This document shows positions 13,045-24,477 of a stretch of DNA of 64,000 nucleotides, piece after piece. Origin of the DNA: the human T2T-CHM13v2.0 reference genome, Homo sapiens. The notes below the pieces were generated by a model. The model was given only the letters and a program-made list of their open reading frames with translations, was not told the origin of the DNA and did no database searches. Where the stretch lies: assembly GCF_009914755.1 (NCBI RefSeq), contig NC_060934.1. The stretch is one strand, 5' to 3'. Both the position numbers and the translations under genes were made by a program. Numbering within the stretch: position 1 is the stretch's first letter; each line of letters starts with the position of its first letter.

Positions 13045-13250
13045 TTATTGTATGTCTCTCACTGAAATGTGAGTTCCATGAGGGCATGAGCTTTACCTTG
13101 TTAACTACTCTACCCCCAGGTCCTAGAGAACTAGGAACAGTCTGCCGGGTGCTCTTTAGAGATCTCCTAATATTCTAATAGTTTTTGAGGTGTTCTCCAT
13201 AACTCTTTTAGGCCTTTCTACAAATACCTGTTGAGTAAATGAATAAATCT
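13045..13250 (+). mobile_element. L2 3' end
   Basis: ATGTGAGTTCCATGAGGGCA...CCCCAGGTCCTAGA...AAATACCTGTTGAGTAAATGAATAAAT. Confidence 0.7.
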
Positions 13251-14324
13251 GTAAATGAATATATCCAGGAATACATGGATAAATTAAAATGAAATTTTGA
13301 AAATTACGGTTGTATAGATGATATGTATACCTCAGGAACAGACAAAAATATGACTTGGCATGTAACAAGGCTATGTTGGCATTTCTTTCTTCCTAATGAT
13401 ATTAAAATTTATTTTATTGATCATCAGTTTGCAAATGGGATGTTCAGGTAATGAACTCAAGTAGAGGCATACATTCATTCATAAAGAAGGCTTACTTTTG
13501 AGGGGAATGTTTACAGGACAGAAGAGGAGGGGAGCATTATTGCAATGCAAAATAACTGCCAGACTTTTTCAGAGACCAGCTTAAAGTTCTGTCAGATTAG
13601 TTGCTATTTTAGACTATATTGGTAGATCTCCAATAGCTATAATTAAGTTTTTTCTTCTCAAGAAGAAAAAAGTGATCAATGACATTTTCTAAGGTTTATT
13701 TTAATTGTGTAGCAGAATGCATCTCTCAAATGCTGTCATTTGTGAGGACTTCAATAGAAGACTTAATGAGGGTTTGGAAACATGCAGACAGTAATCATCA
13801 TTTATCTCAGGCTGACAAAAAAAGTGTTAACATATCTAAAAGGGGCCTAAGGTTAATTGATATTTGGCAAAATGAAAGCCCTGTTTAGAGTATTTTGTCA
13901 CAAATTGGAGTACATCAATTTACTTCTTGAACCTCATATCAGCATAATTCTGCTTGCCACCTTCCATTTTCATATATCTGAGTTTGCATTTCTAATCCCA
14001 ATGCAGGAGTCAAAATTTTTTTTAAAAGCCAGGATTACAGGACTTAAGGTCTACTTTTAGTATCAAATAATTTATAAGTATAAATTTAAAGTATAAGTAT
14101 AATACAACATTTCTAGCACATGGAAAATTCAGGAGAAAAAAGGAAAAAAATATTGATTCATAACCCAAATTATCAGGTGCAAATATTTTGAAGTATTAAG
14201 TTTTATAATTTATTATTATTGTTAAGAATATTACATTTTATTGTATATACAATTTTTAACTTGTTTAACTAAATTAAGGAATTGTCATCATACTTAAACA
14301 TTTGATGGTTATATAATACATCAT

Positions 14325-14535
14325 ATAATAATCTATTGTATGTTTATAATAATCTATAGTATATTTCAAAATAGCTAGAAGAGAATTATTGGAATGTTTC
14401 TAGCATAAGGAAAAGATATTTAAGGTGCTGGATATCCCAATTACATCGACTTGGTCTTTATAACTTATAGGAATATATTAAATAAGCAGATATACTCTGA
14501 AGACATGTATATCTATTATGTATTAAAAAAATTAA
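14325..14535 (+). mobile_element. L1MA 3' end fragment
   Basis: TATATTTCAAAATAGCTAGAAGAG...GGATATCCCAATTAC...TATTATGTATTAAAAAA. Confidence 0.75.
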
Positions 14536-16579
14536 ATTATATATATTAAAAAGTACATTAGAAGCAGATTTATTCAGTCATTCATTTGGTCTTTATTGCT
14601 GAGAACTTGGAATTTTCTTTTCTTTGCACTTTTTTCCATGCTTCATTGAACATTTTTGTGACGGTTTGTTTCTGAATTCAATCTAATGCTCTTGCTCTGC
14701 AGTCCAGACAGTAGAATTTATGGATCAAAGATTCAGAGCAATTGTAAAAGTCCATTTTTAAATTTCCAATTTGTTTTAAAAGGTTGGACCATGCATTATT
14801 ATTTTCCATACTAGAGATACAATAAGGTCTGAATCCATCATGGAATATATGCCATCATCCTGACCTTGAATTTTCCCCTGTCTACAGCAGATGGGACCTG
14901 GGCCAACCTAAGAAAACTCTATTATTTTTTTAAAATATTTTGTTCTGTGAAACCAAAAAAATACAACTTCTGTTCCACAATATATGTGGAGTTGGGACCA
15001 GAGGTAGTGTCAGGGTTGGTTGAAACTACCTGACATGTAAGCCAAAGACATGGGGACAAGGACACAGAAACCATGGGAGAAACAATGAGCTTGGCAGAAG
15101 CAGCCAGTTTGCATTGAGGCAAGAGGCCAGGTAGTCCCAGGAACAGGGAAAGCCTGTGATAGGTGATCAAGTCAGCCTCAAGAGTTGGTACTCCCATGAG
15201 ACCTGACTGTACTGTCCAAGTGAGCCCCTCTTCTTACAACCAACGTTCTATTTTTATAAACTTCTCTGAGTGCATGCCTGCTTTTTGCAACAGAAGATCC
15301 CTGTCGAAGCACATGTCAGTGCCAAAAATGACAGCTTTTAAAATTTAACTGTTTCCAAATTCTCATGATCTTCCAGAGAAGCCAAAGGTAATAGATACAC
15401 AATTACTGCTTAAGGGCTGACATCAACTAAAGACCTATTTATGAGATCTCTCTATATAAACACATACGCACTCATACTTTATGACCATACATACATATAC
15501 ACGCACATATATGTGTGTACACACACACACATGCACACACACACACATCATGACTATGGCTTTCTTATGGAAGGGCTCAATACAGATTTGAAGGCCAATG
15601 ATGGTTACCTGCAAGCACAACTTAATACCATCCTTTAATGCCCTGAAACCCAAGGAGAGAAATGTGTGGAAAAGCAAATCTATAATTTAACCTCATGAAA
15701 TGGCATAAAAGAATGTAGAAGTTTATAGAAAATCTACAAATTAATTGAGAGAAATTTACAATTAGCTTCCAAGTAAAAGGTCAAGGAGGGTAATGTCATA
15801 ACATTAAAATAATAAAGCATTTAATAAACTATTAACATGCCACACAATAGTAATTCTGCATCTGAACTAGCAGACAAGCGGTTACAGGGAAACGGGAACT
15901 TAGTGGTTGATCCCACTGAGTCACAGCTGATGTGTTCCTCTGTGAGCAAGTGACAGAGCCAGGACATGAGCCTAGTGCCTCTTTGACCCGCAGGTCATGG
16001 TTTATTTCCACTAAACCAGGAAACAGAAAACAGATTTGTCCTTACGATATTGACTTATCCTTAAGGCAAACATATTTTGTAGGGCTTGCTTTTCTATGAT
16101 GGAGGATTGCAACCTCAGGCAGCTTGCCATTATATCCTCAACTCACATCCTCCAAGACTTTTTGACTTTTACAATTGCAGACTGTGGGGACTAAGACATA
16201 TAATCACTAACATAAGAGGCTGAAGCGATAAGACTTAGAATATGAGTTTCCTGAATCATGCACACTTTAGGCCAAGCTTGTGGGGAAAGTGAGAAAAATT
16301 ACATGGAAGGAAGAAAGAAAAAAGAGTTTTCCAAACTGTATTTCCATGTTCAGGCTTCCTCTCTCTGCTCCCAGCTCGACCAAGTACTGGTCAAAATTAT
16401 TCTTCTGCTTTCCCAGATTCTGTTGAATGTTTTTAAAGTATCACCGTTTAGACTCACCCATTCATCTACCTCTGAATTCAAGGGAAGACTCACATTACTG
16501 ATTTTTCTTACCATGAAACTTTTATTTTCAGGCCCAAGTAAATTGATGTTTATCTTCAATTCCCTGCATAATCTCCCAG

Positions 16580-16627
16580 GCACACTCACTCTATGTCGAC
16601 GTGCTCTACGAGACATACAGCTACACT
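16580..16627 (+). other. Candidate 48-nt exon (unverified)
   Basis: Pyrimidine-rich ...ATCTCCCAG| 48 nt open in all frames with 3 retained CpGs |GTGAGT. Confidence 0.25.
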
Positions 16628-16852
16628 GTGAGTGAAATGGAATGCACTTACTGAAATGAAATGTAAAAACTAAGAAGAAAAAAAAAATCATTGCAGCACT
16701 CCCTCACCCCATTTCTAAAGGGTCAGGCTAGAATTTATCCTCCAAAGTATTCTCCCAGGCTTTATCTCACCCTGGGCTTGATGGTGCTATTTGGAGATTC
16801 CAGAATTAATTTTATATCAATAATATTCTACCTTATTATGTTTACGTATTAA

Positions 16853-17360
16853 ATCATTCACTCATTGAAAAAACATTTATCAGTGACCTTTATGTGCTGG
16901 GCACTGTGCCAGACACTTAAGGGATAAAATACAGATTTAGTAAGATCCGGATTCTGTCTGTTGCAGGAAGAAGGAAAATAACCAATCAAAGAGGAGTGAG
17001 ATAGGGCTTCAGGTGGAAACCCTGGAGACCAAGAAGAGTACCCTTATTCTGCACAAAGGCTATCAGAAGAAGTTCAGTCAGAGAGGCCACTTGTGATTTA
17101 ATTCGTGCAAAAAAAAAAAAAGAGGTCATGTGCAAAAAAAAAAATACAGCTACCTACCTGGCTACCATAACTAGGGGAGATGAGGACACATGAGTCTTGC
17201 AATGTGACAGGGCCCAGTGCTGGAGGCTGGGTGGGGATAGGGAATAGTAGGATGATTATGGGAAACAATCATGCCCAGTGAGGCCAAAGGCCAGGCTACA
17301 TCACAGAAGACCTCTTAAGCCTTGGTAAGGGCTTTAACTTTACTCTGCCTGTAACTAGCA
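16853..17360 (-). mobile_element. L2 fragment
   Basis: CATTCACTCATT...ACATTTATCAGTGACCTTTATGTGCTGGGCACTGTGC, the antisense L2 3' end. Confidence 0.7.
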
Positions 17361-17984
17361 GTGGCTGGGGCAATGTGAAGGAGGCTGCCTTGATGGTGGT
17401 CATCTGGGTTCTGGTCCAGAGCTCATTATAGGTGGCAGATGTTAAATTCCAGATCCTACAAGATCAAGGAGGGGGTTCTAAATTCCTGGTTTGAAGAAGA
17501 AAATAAGGGTTAGGAAAAAAAACAGAGTCTCTGTTATGCTATTTATCAACTATAAGACCAGGATCAATAAATTAACCCTTTCTGCCTGCTTATTTGCACA
17601 TTGAGAGTGAACTGGGTTGCCCTGATTAGGCAAATATCTTAGTGTATAAAATGTCTTCCTGCCCTTGTGAAGATAAAGCATGTCATGATATTTACTAAGA
17701 CTCCCTCTTCCTGCCCCCTTCTCTAAGAATTCCACCTTCACCACCTGTGTCAATCGTGAGCTTTGGAGTTGCAAGTGCCAAATCTCTGGCTATAGACCTG
17801 ATTTCAATGGGCTGAAGTCAAATCTTTGGCTAAAGGTTTGAAAGTCAGAGTCCTAGAGGAAGCCAATAATTAGACTCTGCTGTGTGTGGCTGGGTTGCCT
17901 GTGACCTTCTAACCTATTCTTGGCATGATCACAGTCACCTCAGTTGGCTCTGGGGAAGTCAAGGGAAGAGGGATGCTGGGTTCC

Positions 17985-18539
17985 TATATTCATTTACTTC
18001 CTATTGCTGCTGCAATAAGTTACCACACAGTTGGTGGCTTCTGAGAAACCATATTTGCCCTCTTAGAGTTTGGTGCCCAGAAAGGGTTTCAGTGGGTCGA
18101 AATCACAGTGTCAGCAGGGCCACACTCTCTCCAGAGGCTCTAGGGGAGAATAATATCCATGCCTTTGTTGGCCACTAGAGGCTGTCCACACCCCGGGGTG
18201 GGTGGCTCTCTTCCATCTTCAAAGCCACAAAGTCTTCAAATGTTGCTCCCTCTGCAAAGGTCATGACAATGCCTTTTCTCTTCTGTCCCTGTAGTCAAAT
18301 GCTTCTCTGCCTCCTTCTACAAGTATAAGGACACTGTAGTCAAATGCTTCTCTTCCTCCTTCTACAACTGTAAGGACACTTGCGATTACATTTAGAGCCC
18401 ATCTGGGTAATCCAGGACAATCTCCTTATCTCAAGATCCATAACTTAAAACTCCTTGTGCTATATATGGTAATGTATTCACAGGCTGAATGGGGATTAAG
18501 GCTCGGACATCTCTGGGGGCCATTACCTATGCTACCATA
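17985..18539 (-). mobile_element. MaLR LTR (MLT1D/E-like) with a 45-bp internal tandem duplication
   Basis: TATTGCTGCTG...TACCACA, GGCTCTAGGGGAGAAT, GGTAATCCAGGACAATCTCCTTATCTCAAGATCC. Confidence 0.85.
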
Positions 18540-18577
18540 ACTCCTTTGACGAGTAAAGCCTGGGAAGTCCTAGGGCC

Positions 18578-18741
18578 CAGTGGCACCTGGGTTAAGGTGA
18601 GTCAGACACCCCCGAGCACATGATTTAAGGAGGCCCTTGCACTCAGGGACACACAAGTGAAAGATAACCACCTGAGAATGAGCACCTCCTTCAATTTTGT
18701 GCAATAGGTGCCTCTTTCATCCCAGCTTAGTCTGAGACCTG
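18578..18741. mobile_element. MER91-like palindromic hAT MITE
   Basis: ATTTAAGGAGGC...CTCAGGG paired with CCTGAGAATGAGCACCTCCTTCAATTTTGTGC, the recalled MER91 palindrome. Confidence 0.7.
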
Positions 18742-21429
18742 TCTTGGAGAGGCTCAGTTCTCCAACCTAGCAAAGCAGCAGTAGACCAGAAATGGGTGGG
18801 GGTTTGTCTAGGCAGCAGGCTAAGACAGTCCACTGGAGTTCCTGCTGGTTCCCAGAGCCAGGCTAAGTGTCTGTGTGTCTGTGGAGTGGGGGCATATAGT
18901 GGCAGACAGGCAGGAAGGTGTAGAGCAGTAGAATGATTTCCCAGTAGTGCAGGAGTAACACCTCACTCTAGTAACAACCCAGTGTAAGGTCGATTTTGCT
19001 CAGACAGAGCCAGGCTTGGAGAGGCTTTGCCTTTCTCTGGGAATGTGATTGATTGCAAGCCACCTAGGATATGAAGTTATCTCAGAGCTTGTCTGCATGG
19101 GCGTCATCAAGGAGTAAATGAGCTCTCTGTCCCCCAGAGGTACGTGCATCAGAGAAAAATGATGGGAAGATCATAGATCGGCAGCACTTAAACCTCCAGG
19201 GGAATGGGGCCTCAAAGAGGAAATGAAATGCAGCATTACACATCATGTACATGCATCCACAATGTCTCCTGTATGGAACACATTCAACAGTGATGCTTCT
19301 TTTCTCCTGGCTCACCCCACAAGGACTAGAGAGCTGTTTGTGCACCATTTGTTCTGAGCTTCCTGTATCTTGGAAACTCAGTGAAGACCAGCACCTTCCT
19401 CAGACCCAGGCCTGGCTCTCTTCCTCCCGGCTGAATGTCCACCAATTGTCTTCCTTTACACCTCCTCCTTCTTTGCATCATGCACTCCCAGCAAAGAGGA
19501 CAGTGACTCATGCTAATTATACAGTAATAGAAGAAACACACACACACACGCGCACTCTTTTTTTTTTTTTCCCAACAGCAGCTGGGACTTTCTATTTATT
19601 TGCCCGCTATTTATAAGTCACTTAGACAAGAAGGCCTTATCTCCTCCTCCTACCACACTCTCCCAAATGAAGTTTCTCTAGGGCAGATCCACTTTTATCT
19701 AAATTGGTTGGACAGAGGAGCACAGCATATATAATCCATAATGAAACAGATAAAGCTGTCTCCTTGTGCTTGATATAAAAATAACCAACAAGAAAATGAG
19801 CATGGATAGGGAAAAATTAATTTACTTCCCTGCCTAATTACTAGATGCAGGATAAATGTATCTGCTTAGCTCTCTAATTATAATAATACTTAGCAGTTAC
19901 GTGAAACTCTTTATCATCAAAAATACCACCCTCCACTGACACTAAATAATTAATCTTTGGCACCCTAGTGTGAGCATCTTATCTGAGCAGGAAAAGGACC
20001 ATTGGTTGGAGGAGAGTGGAGCAGGGTGAGGTGCAAAAACTCCTTTCATCACTAAGCAGAAACTGTTTCCTGGGTCTCAGTTCCCTGGCCTCCACTTGCA
20101 TGCTTGGGAAGAATCTGCCTGCCAGGGCTCTGCCAGCTGCAGAGAGAAGTCTACCATCCAGTGCCAGAGGCTGTGATCACTCACCCCACTGTGTTGCCAG
20201 AACTCCTCCTCCAGCAATGGCCTGAGGTGTCCCTGAGACAGCAGAGCCCCAGGGCGCTAAGCGAGAGCAGGAACGGTTATCAGGCCAGCCACATAAGGTG
20301 TCTGCAGCCTGTTCATGGGCTTTCTGCTCTGTTCCTGGTTTGATGTTATGTTGCCCAGCCCTACCTTCCTTTATCCTGTGGTGGGATTCAGCTCCTGGCA
20401 TCACTCATGTCCACTCAGAAGTTCTGATAAGGTCTGTGACTCCCACACTCACCAGGTATAAGCCAAGTCGTTGCCTCCATACCCTGTGGTCTTACTGAGA
20501 AATCCTGCACCTGAGCTCAGATGCTTTAAAGGAACACAGTTTCTGGCTTGGGGTAGAATGGGGTTTGATGCTCCATCCTCCTGAATGGCAGCTGTCTGTT
20601 TTCCATCCCTGAGGGACATGTCCTTGGGCCCACCCCCCTTCCCACATCTTCCTCATCCCCCACCCTGGACCATACCAGAGAGGGCAGGAGTCTTCGACCC
20701 AGACCAGGACTCAAGCTACAGATCAAGGGGAAGGGAATTGTGTCCTGTCTCCCTACCGCATGCTTTCCAGTAGCTTCTAATGCCCTATGGTTATCAGACA
20801 GTGGGATATATTAGAATTACTTAAGAAAGAAAAAGTAATCCAACACAATCATTGTGTTTGGTACTTGGTAAATGCTTAATGAAGTTTGTTTTAAAAATTA
20901 AAATATTCAAATTATTTGCTAAAAGTTTATTTTTGGTGACTTTCAGGGAAAGGGAAACGCATAAGCAAGCAATCAAGGGAATCTACAACTATGAGACATC
21001 AGCTTCACCTCTGGCTGGGGTTGGGGAAGAGGCAAGCATTTAAAACAATCATCTCTACTTAAACTGTGGTTGTATTCTGCTTTTTTTTTCTTATTTTTAT
21101 AAACATAATAGACCATATGCATATTGCTTAAATTTAAAATTTGTTAAAGTTCAAATCAACTATAACGGGATAAGGATTATAACTTCTAATTACATAGCTT
21201 TCAGGCAATGTAATTATGCAATAGTTTGGGGGGAAGAACAGATGAATGCACTGCAATGGATCTCTCTTTCTCCTTTCTTAATATTGGGCTTTATCCTTAA
21301 CCATGGAAAAAGGCCAAACTCCTGGATCTCCACCAATCATCCCCCCATAGTTCAGTTAAAAATACATTTCTGGTTAAATCATGTGGATTCAGAATGGGAA
21401 GGAGGCAAAGAAATACATGAGTTTGCTAC

Positions 21430-21502
21430 ATCTTCTCACAACACGCCTGTGAGGTGGGGACCCTTATTCCTATTTCACAAATCAGAAATCTGAGCTCTTA
21501 GG
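21430..21502 (-). mobile_element. MIR fragment
   Basis: TCTCACAACACGCCTGTGAGGT...TATTTCACAAATCAGAAATCTGAG. Confidence 0.55.
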
Positions 21503-22407
21503 TCCAACTCGATGCTAAATCTCCAATGCCTATTTCTGTTTGTTACACAGTGGATCAGGTCAGAGCATCAGTTCCAGGCAAAGAAGACAATAGGGTAAGG
21601 CTTTGACAAAGAAAAGTCCCAGCAAGGAATGTTACTGTCAAGAAGTCATTGAGGCACCAGAATGTGGGAGAAGGATCAGACCTTTTCTTCATGGAACCTG
21701 GAGATGAAACCACAGTGAATGCTTCAGGAAGCTCAGCTTGCTTTCAATGCTGAAAGGAAATTACCAGACCTTCTGTGTTCTTACAGACAGTGGATGGCTT
21801 CTGTGGTGGTCAGCTTTCTAGAGATGAATAAACATAGGAAATAAATAGGCTTATCAGAGATGCAGTAGGAGAAATGCAATCTGCAATCAAATAACTGCTT
21901 CTCTTTAGGTCATTTTCAAATCTGAGGACCTCTGAACTCTGTGTTTCAACTCCTGTTGTCTTAGTTTCCTCATCTTCAAAATGAGAGAAGTTGAATTAAA
22001 GCCTAAATAAATGTGTCAAGTTTCATAGCTACACATGTGTGTATGTGTGTCCTGAAATGAAGCCTATATTTAAGTCTAGCTTGTGAAATTTCCATATTAC
22101 ACTGCTGCATTCAGTCAGCTCACCACATGTTACTGCAACAAATGATAGATCATATTTCCTGATCAGTTGATTAATAAAAACAATTAAAGAGAAGATAATC
22201 ATTATGCTATTTAGATTGATGAAAAATGGCAATAAGGAATGATATTCAGAGTTGGGTGGTCTAGGTTTTTCTTAGAGGATGACTATCTTATTTTCATAAT
22301 AAAAGCAGACACTATACACTAAAAACATTCAATCTGCGCTTTCTACTTTCCAAGCGTGTACTATGTTTCCAATATGTAATCTGTACAGCAAATTTTTATT
22401 GATAGTT

Positions 22408-22519
22408 ACTATTTCCATTACACAGAAGAAAAAAATAAAGCTCACATGTGAGAGGTGCCATGCCCAAAGTCCCCACAGCTGGTAATTCCAGTCTGATTCT
22501 GAAGCTCTTGCTCTTTCCA
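22408..22519 (-). mobile_element. MIR fragment
   Basis: CCATTACACAGAAGAA...TGCCCAAAGTCCCCACAGCTGGTAA...GTCTGATTCT. Confidence 0.55.
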
Positions 22520-24477
22520 TGGCATATACTGCCCAAGAATAATAAGAGAAACTGGCCCCAAAGAGTTAAGATGTTCATTCTCATAATTTCATGCCAAATT
22601 AATTTTTAGTAATGTGGGCCTGCAAAACAAGTGGCACATTTTTTGGTGCTGGATGCCCTCTCCCCATCCTTGAGTTTGCAACGTTCCATCCTCTTTGACT
22701 CAGGAGCCCCTCAGCTTTGGAGCCTGCCTTCTCCAGTAAACATGCTGAAGAGCATCCTCTAGAAAGTGCCAATTCCCACTCCACACTCAGATCCCCAGTA
22801 AAGAACCTCAACCTGGGTTCTTTCAGCACTGCTTGCTTACTCATGCACAGAACCAGCTTCCCTGAGATTCCCAGCAACACTCTCTGTCCTTAGCTATAGC
22901 ATCTTAAAAAGTTAAAGACAAGCACATTCTCTTTTTCAGAAAATTAACTGCTTTGCACTGACATATGCTGTATTGACGAAGGGCCGCAGGCCTTTCTCTC
23001 CCCAAAACTTTCAAAACATAAGGCTTCTGTCCAAAATAGAAGTGAATGTTACACTGTTCCCACAAAAGAAGGAAACAAGAGGAGTCTCAGAGCCACAAAT
23101 GTTCTATTTCCGAGTTCAGAGCAAACAAAAAATCCAGCCCAGAGGGGATGGATTTGGTGGGAAGGGGGAGCGAGACATGCAAACTTTATTCTATGTTTAA
23201 ATCTCTCAACATATGGGCTGTTTCTATTTTAGGATGACAAAAACTGACTTCCATATTATGATAATTAATGACATACAAAGAGGAGCTAAGCTACATTTGA
23301 TGTCCCAGTGGGCTATCCCAATATCAGTAGTTTGGGGACCATGTGCCCAATTTGTAGATTAGATTAGAAGACATCAATTGGCATTGCTCAATCTCCCAGC
23401 TATTTAAAAGCAGAGGCTCTAAGCCAGTGAGTGACCTCATTTCTTCTGATGAATATCATTTTCTGGGATCAACTTTTAACAACTTGGTACATCCCTAAAA
23501 TGAAACCTGATGAGATCCAGGGTTGGTGGGAGACCCTTGCCAGTGCTGGGATGAGGGGCAAGCATTTCTGAAGGCTAGTGATGGGGATATGGCACTTGAA
23601 CTCCAGTATAAAGAGCTCTTTGTGGGGTGATCTCAGGGCTTAACAGACCTCTGGACCATTCTTATTTGTCAGACTAATGGAAAACATATTTGAAAAGTCA
23701 AAGGAAACAAACCCTGTGCATCTTTCCCACAGATAAGAGTGGGCTAGTTCTCACAGTTCATATTACATGGTACTGCTAGCACTGGGATCTAACTTCGAAG
23801 ACCTCACACTGTAACCCTTCTCTGTGCCTAATCTGTGTCTCTATTCCTCACCCTTGACTGTCACTTGACAAGGATCTTGTCTCTAATTAAGATTGCAGAT
23901 TGCAGTTCTACAGTGATTCCAGGTTGGTCTCAAACTCAGGCCCATTACTATACCTAGCTCTTTGGCCCCAGAAGTCTCTTTTAGGTGTGTGCCCGTGTGT
24001 ATCTTTAATTTTTTTTTCTCTAACTAGACATGACATATGAGAAGCTTGGCATTGAAAACATAATATTCAAATCTGGGCTATCTTGTCTCTCACTCAGAGT
24101 TCTGTCTGGGCTTCCAGAGTCTTGCATGTGTCATGGTTTTAGGGTGCAGTGGGAAGCATGTGCTCAAGTGGCTGTCTAACCTGTTGCGTGTGCTCAGACG
24201 CAATGGCTTGTGTTTGGTTTCTGGCTCAGTCCACACAGGTATTGCACTCCTGGTTTCCAGCTTTCAGGCTCCTTGCTCTGTAGCTCTCTCTCAGCTGCCT
24301 TTTACAGCTGGAACTGTACCACCTCAGCCTTGGGAAATCCAGCCCTTTATTACAACCATATTACTCCTGGTGCACAGGGATGCTCTCCTTCACTGAAAGA
24401 TTCTGTGCTAGGGCTCTGAGACTCCTTCAGGGCTATTAGTACAGACACACCTGTAGCCATTTCTCTGTTTTGTATTT

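Noticed and set aside
15294-15387. AG…AAG|GTAATA exon-like segment
   Set aside because: Stops in all three frames and no other support; at most a non-coding exon.
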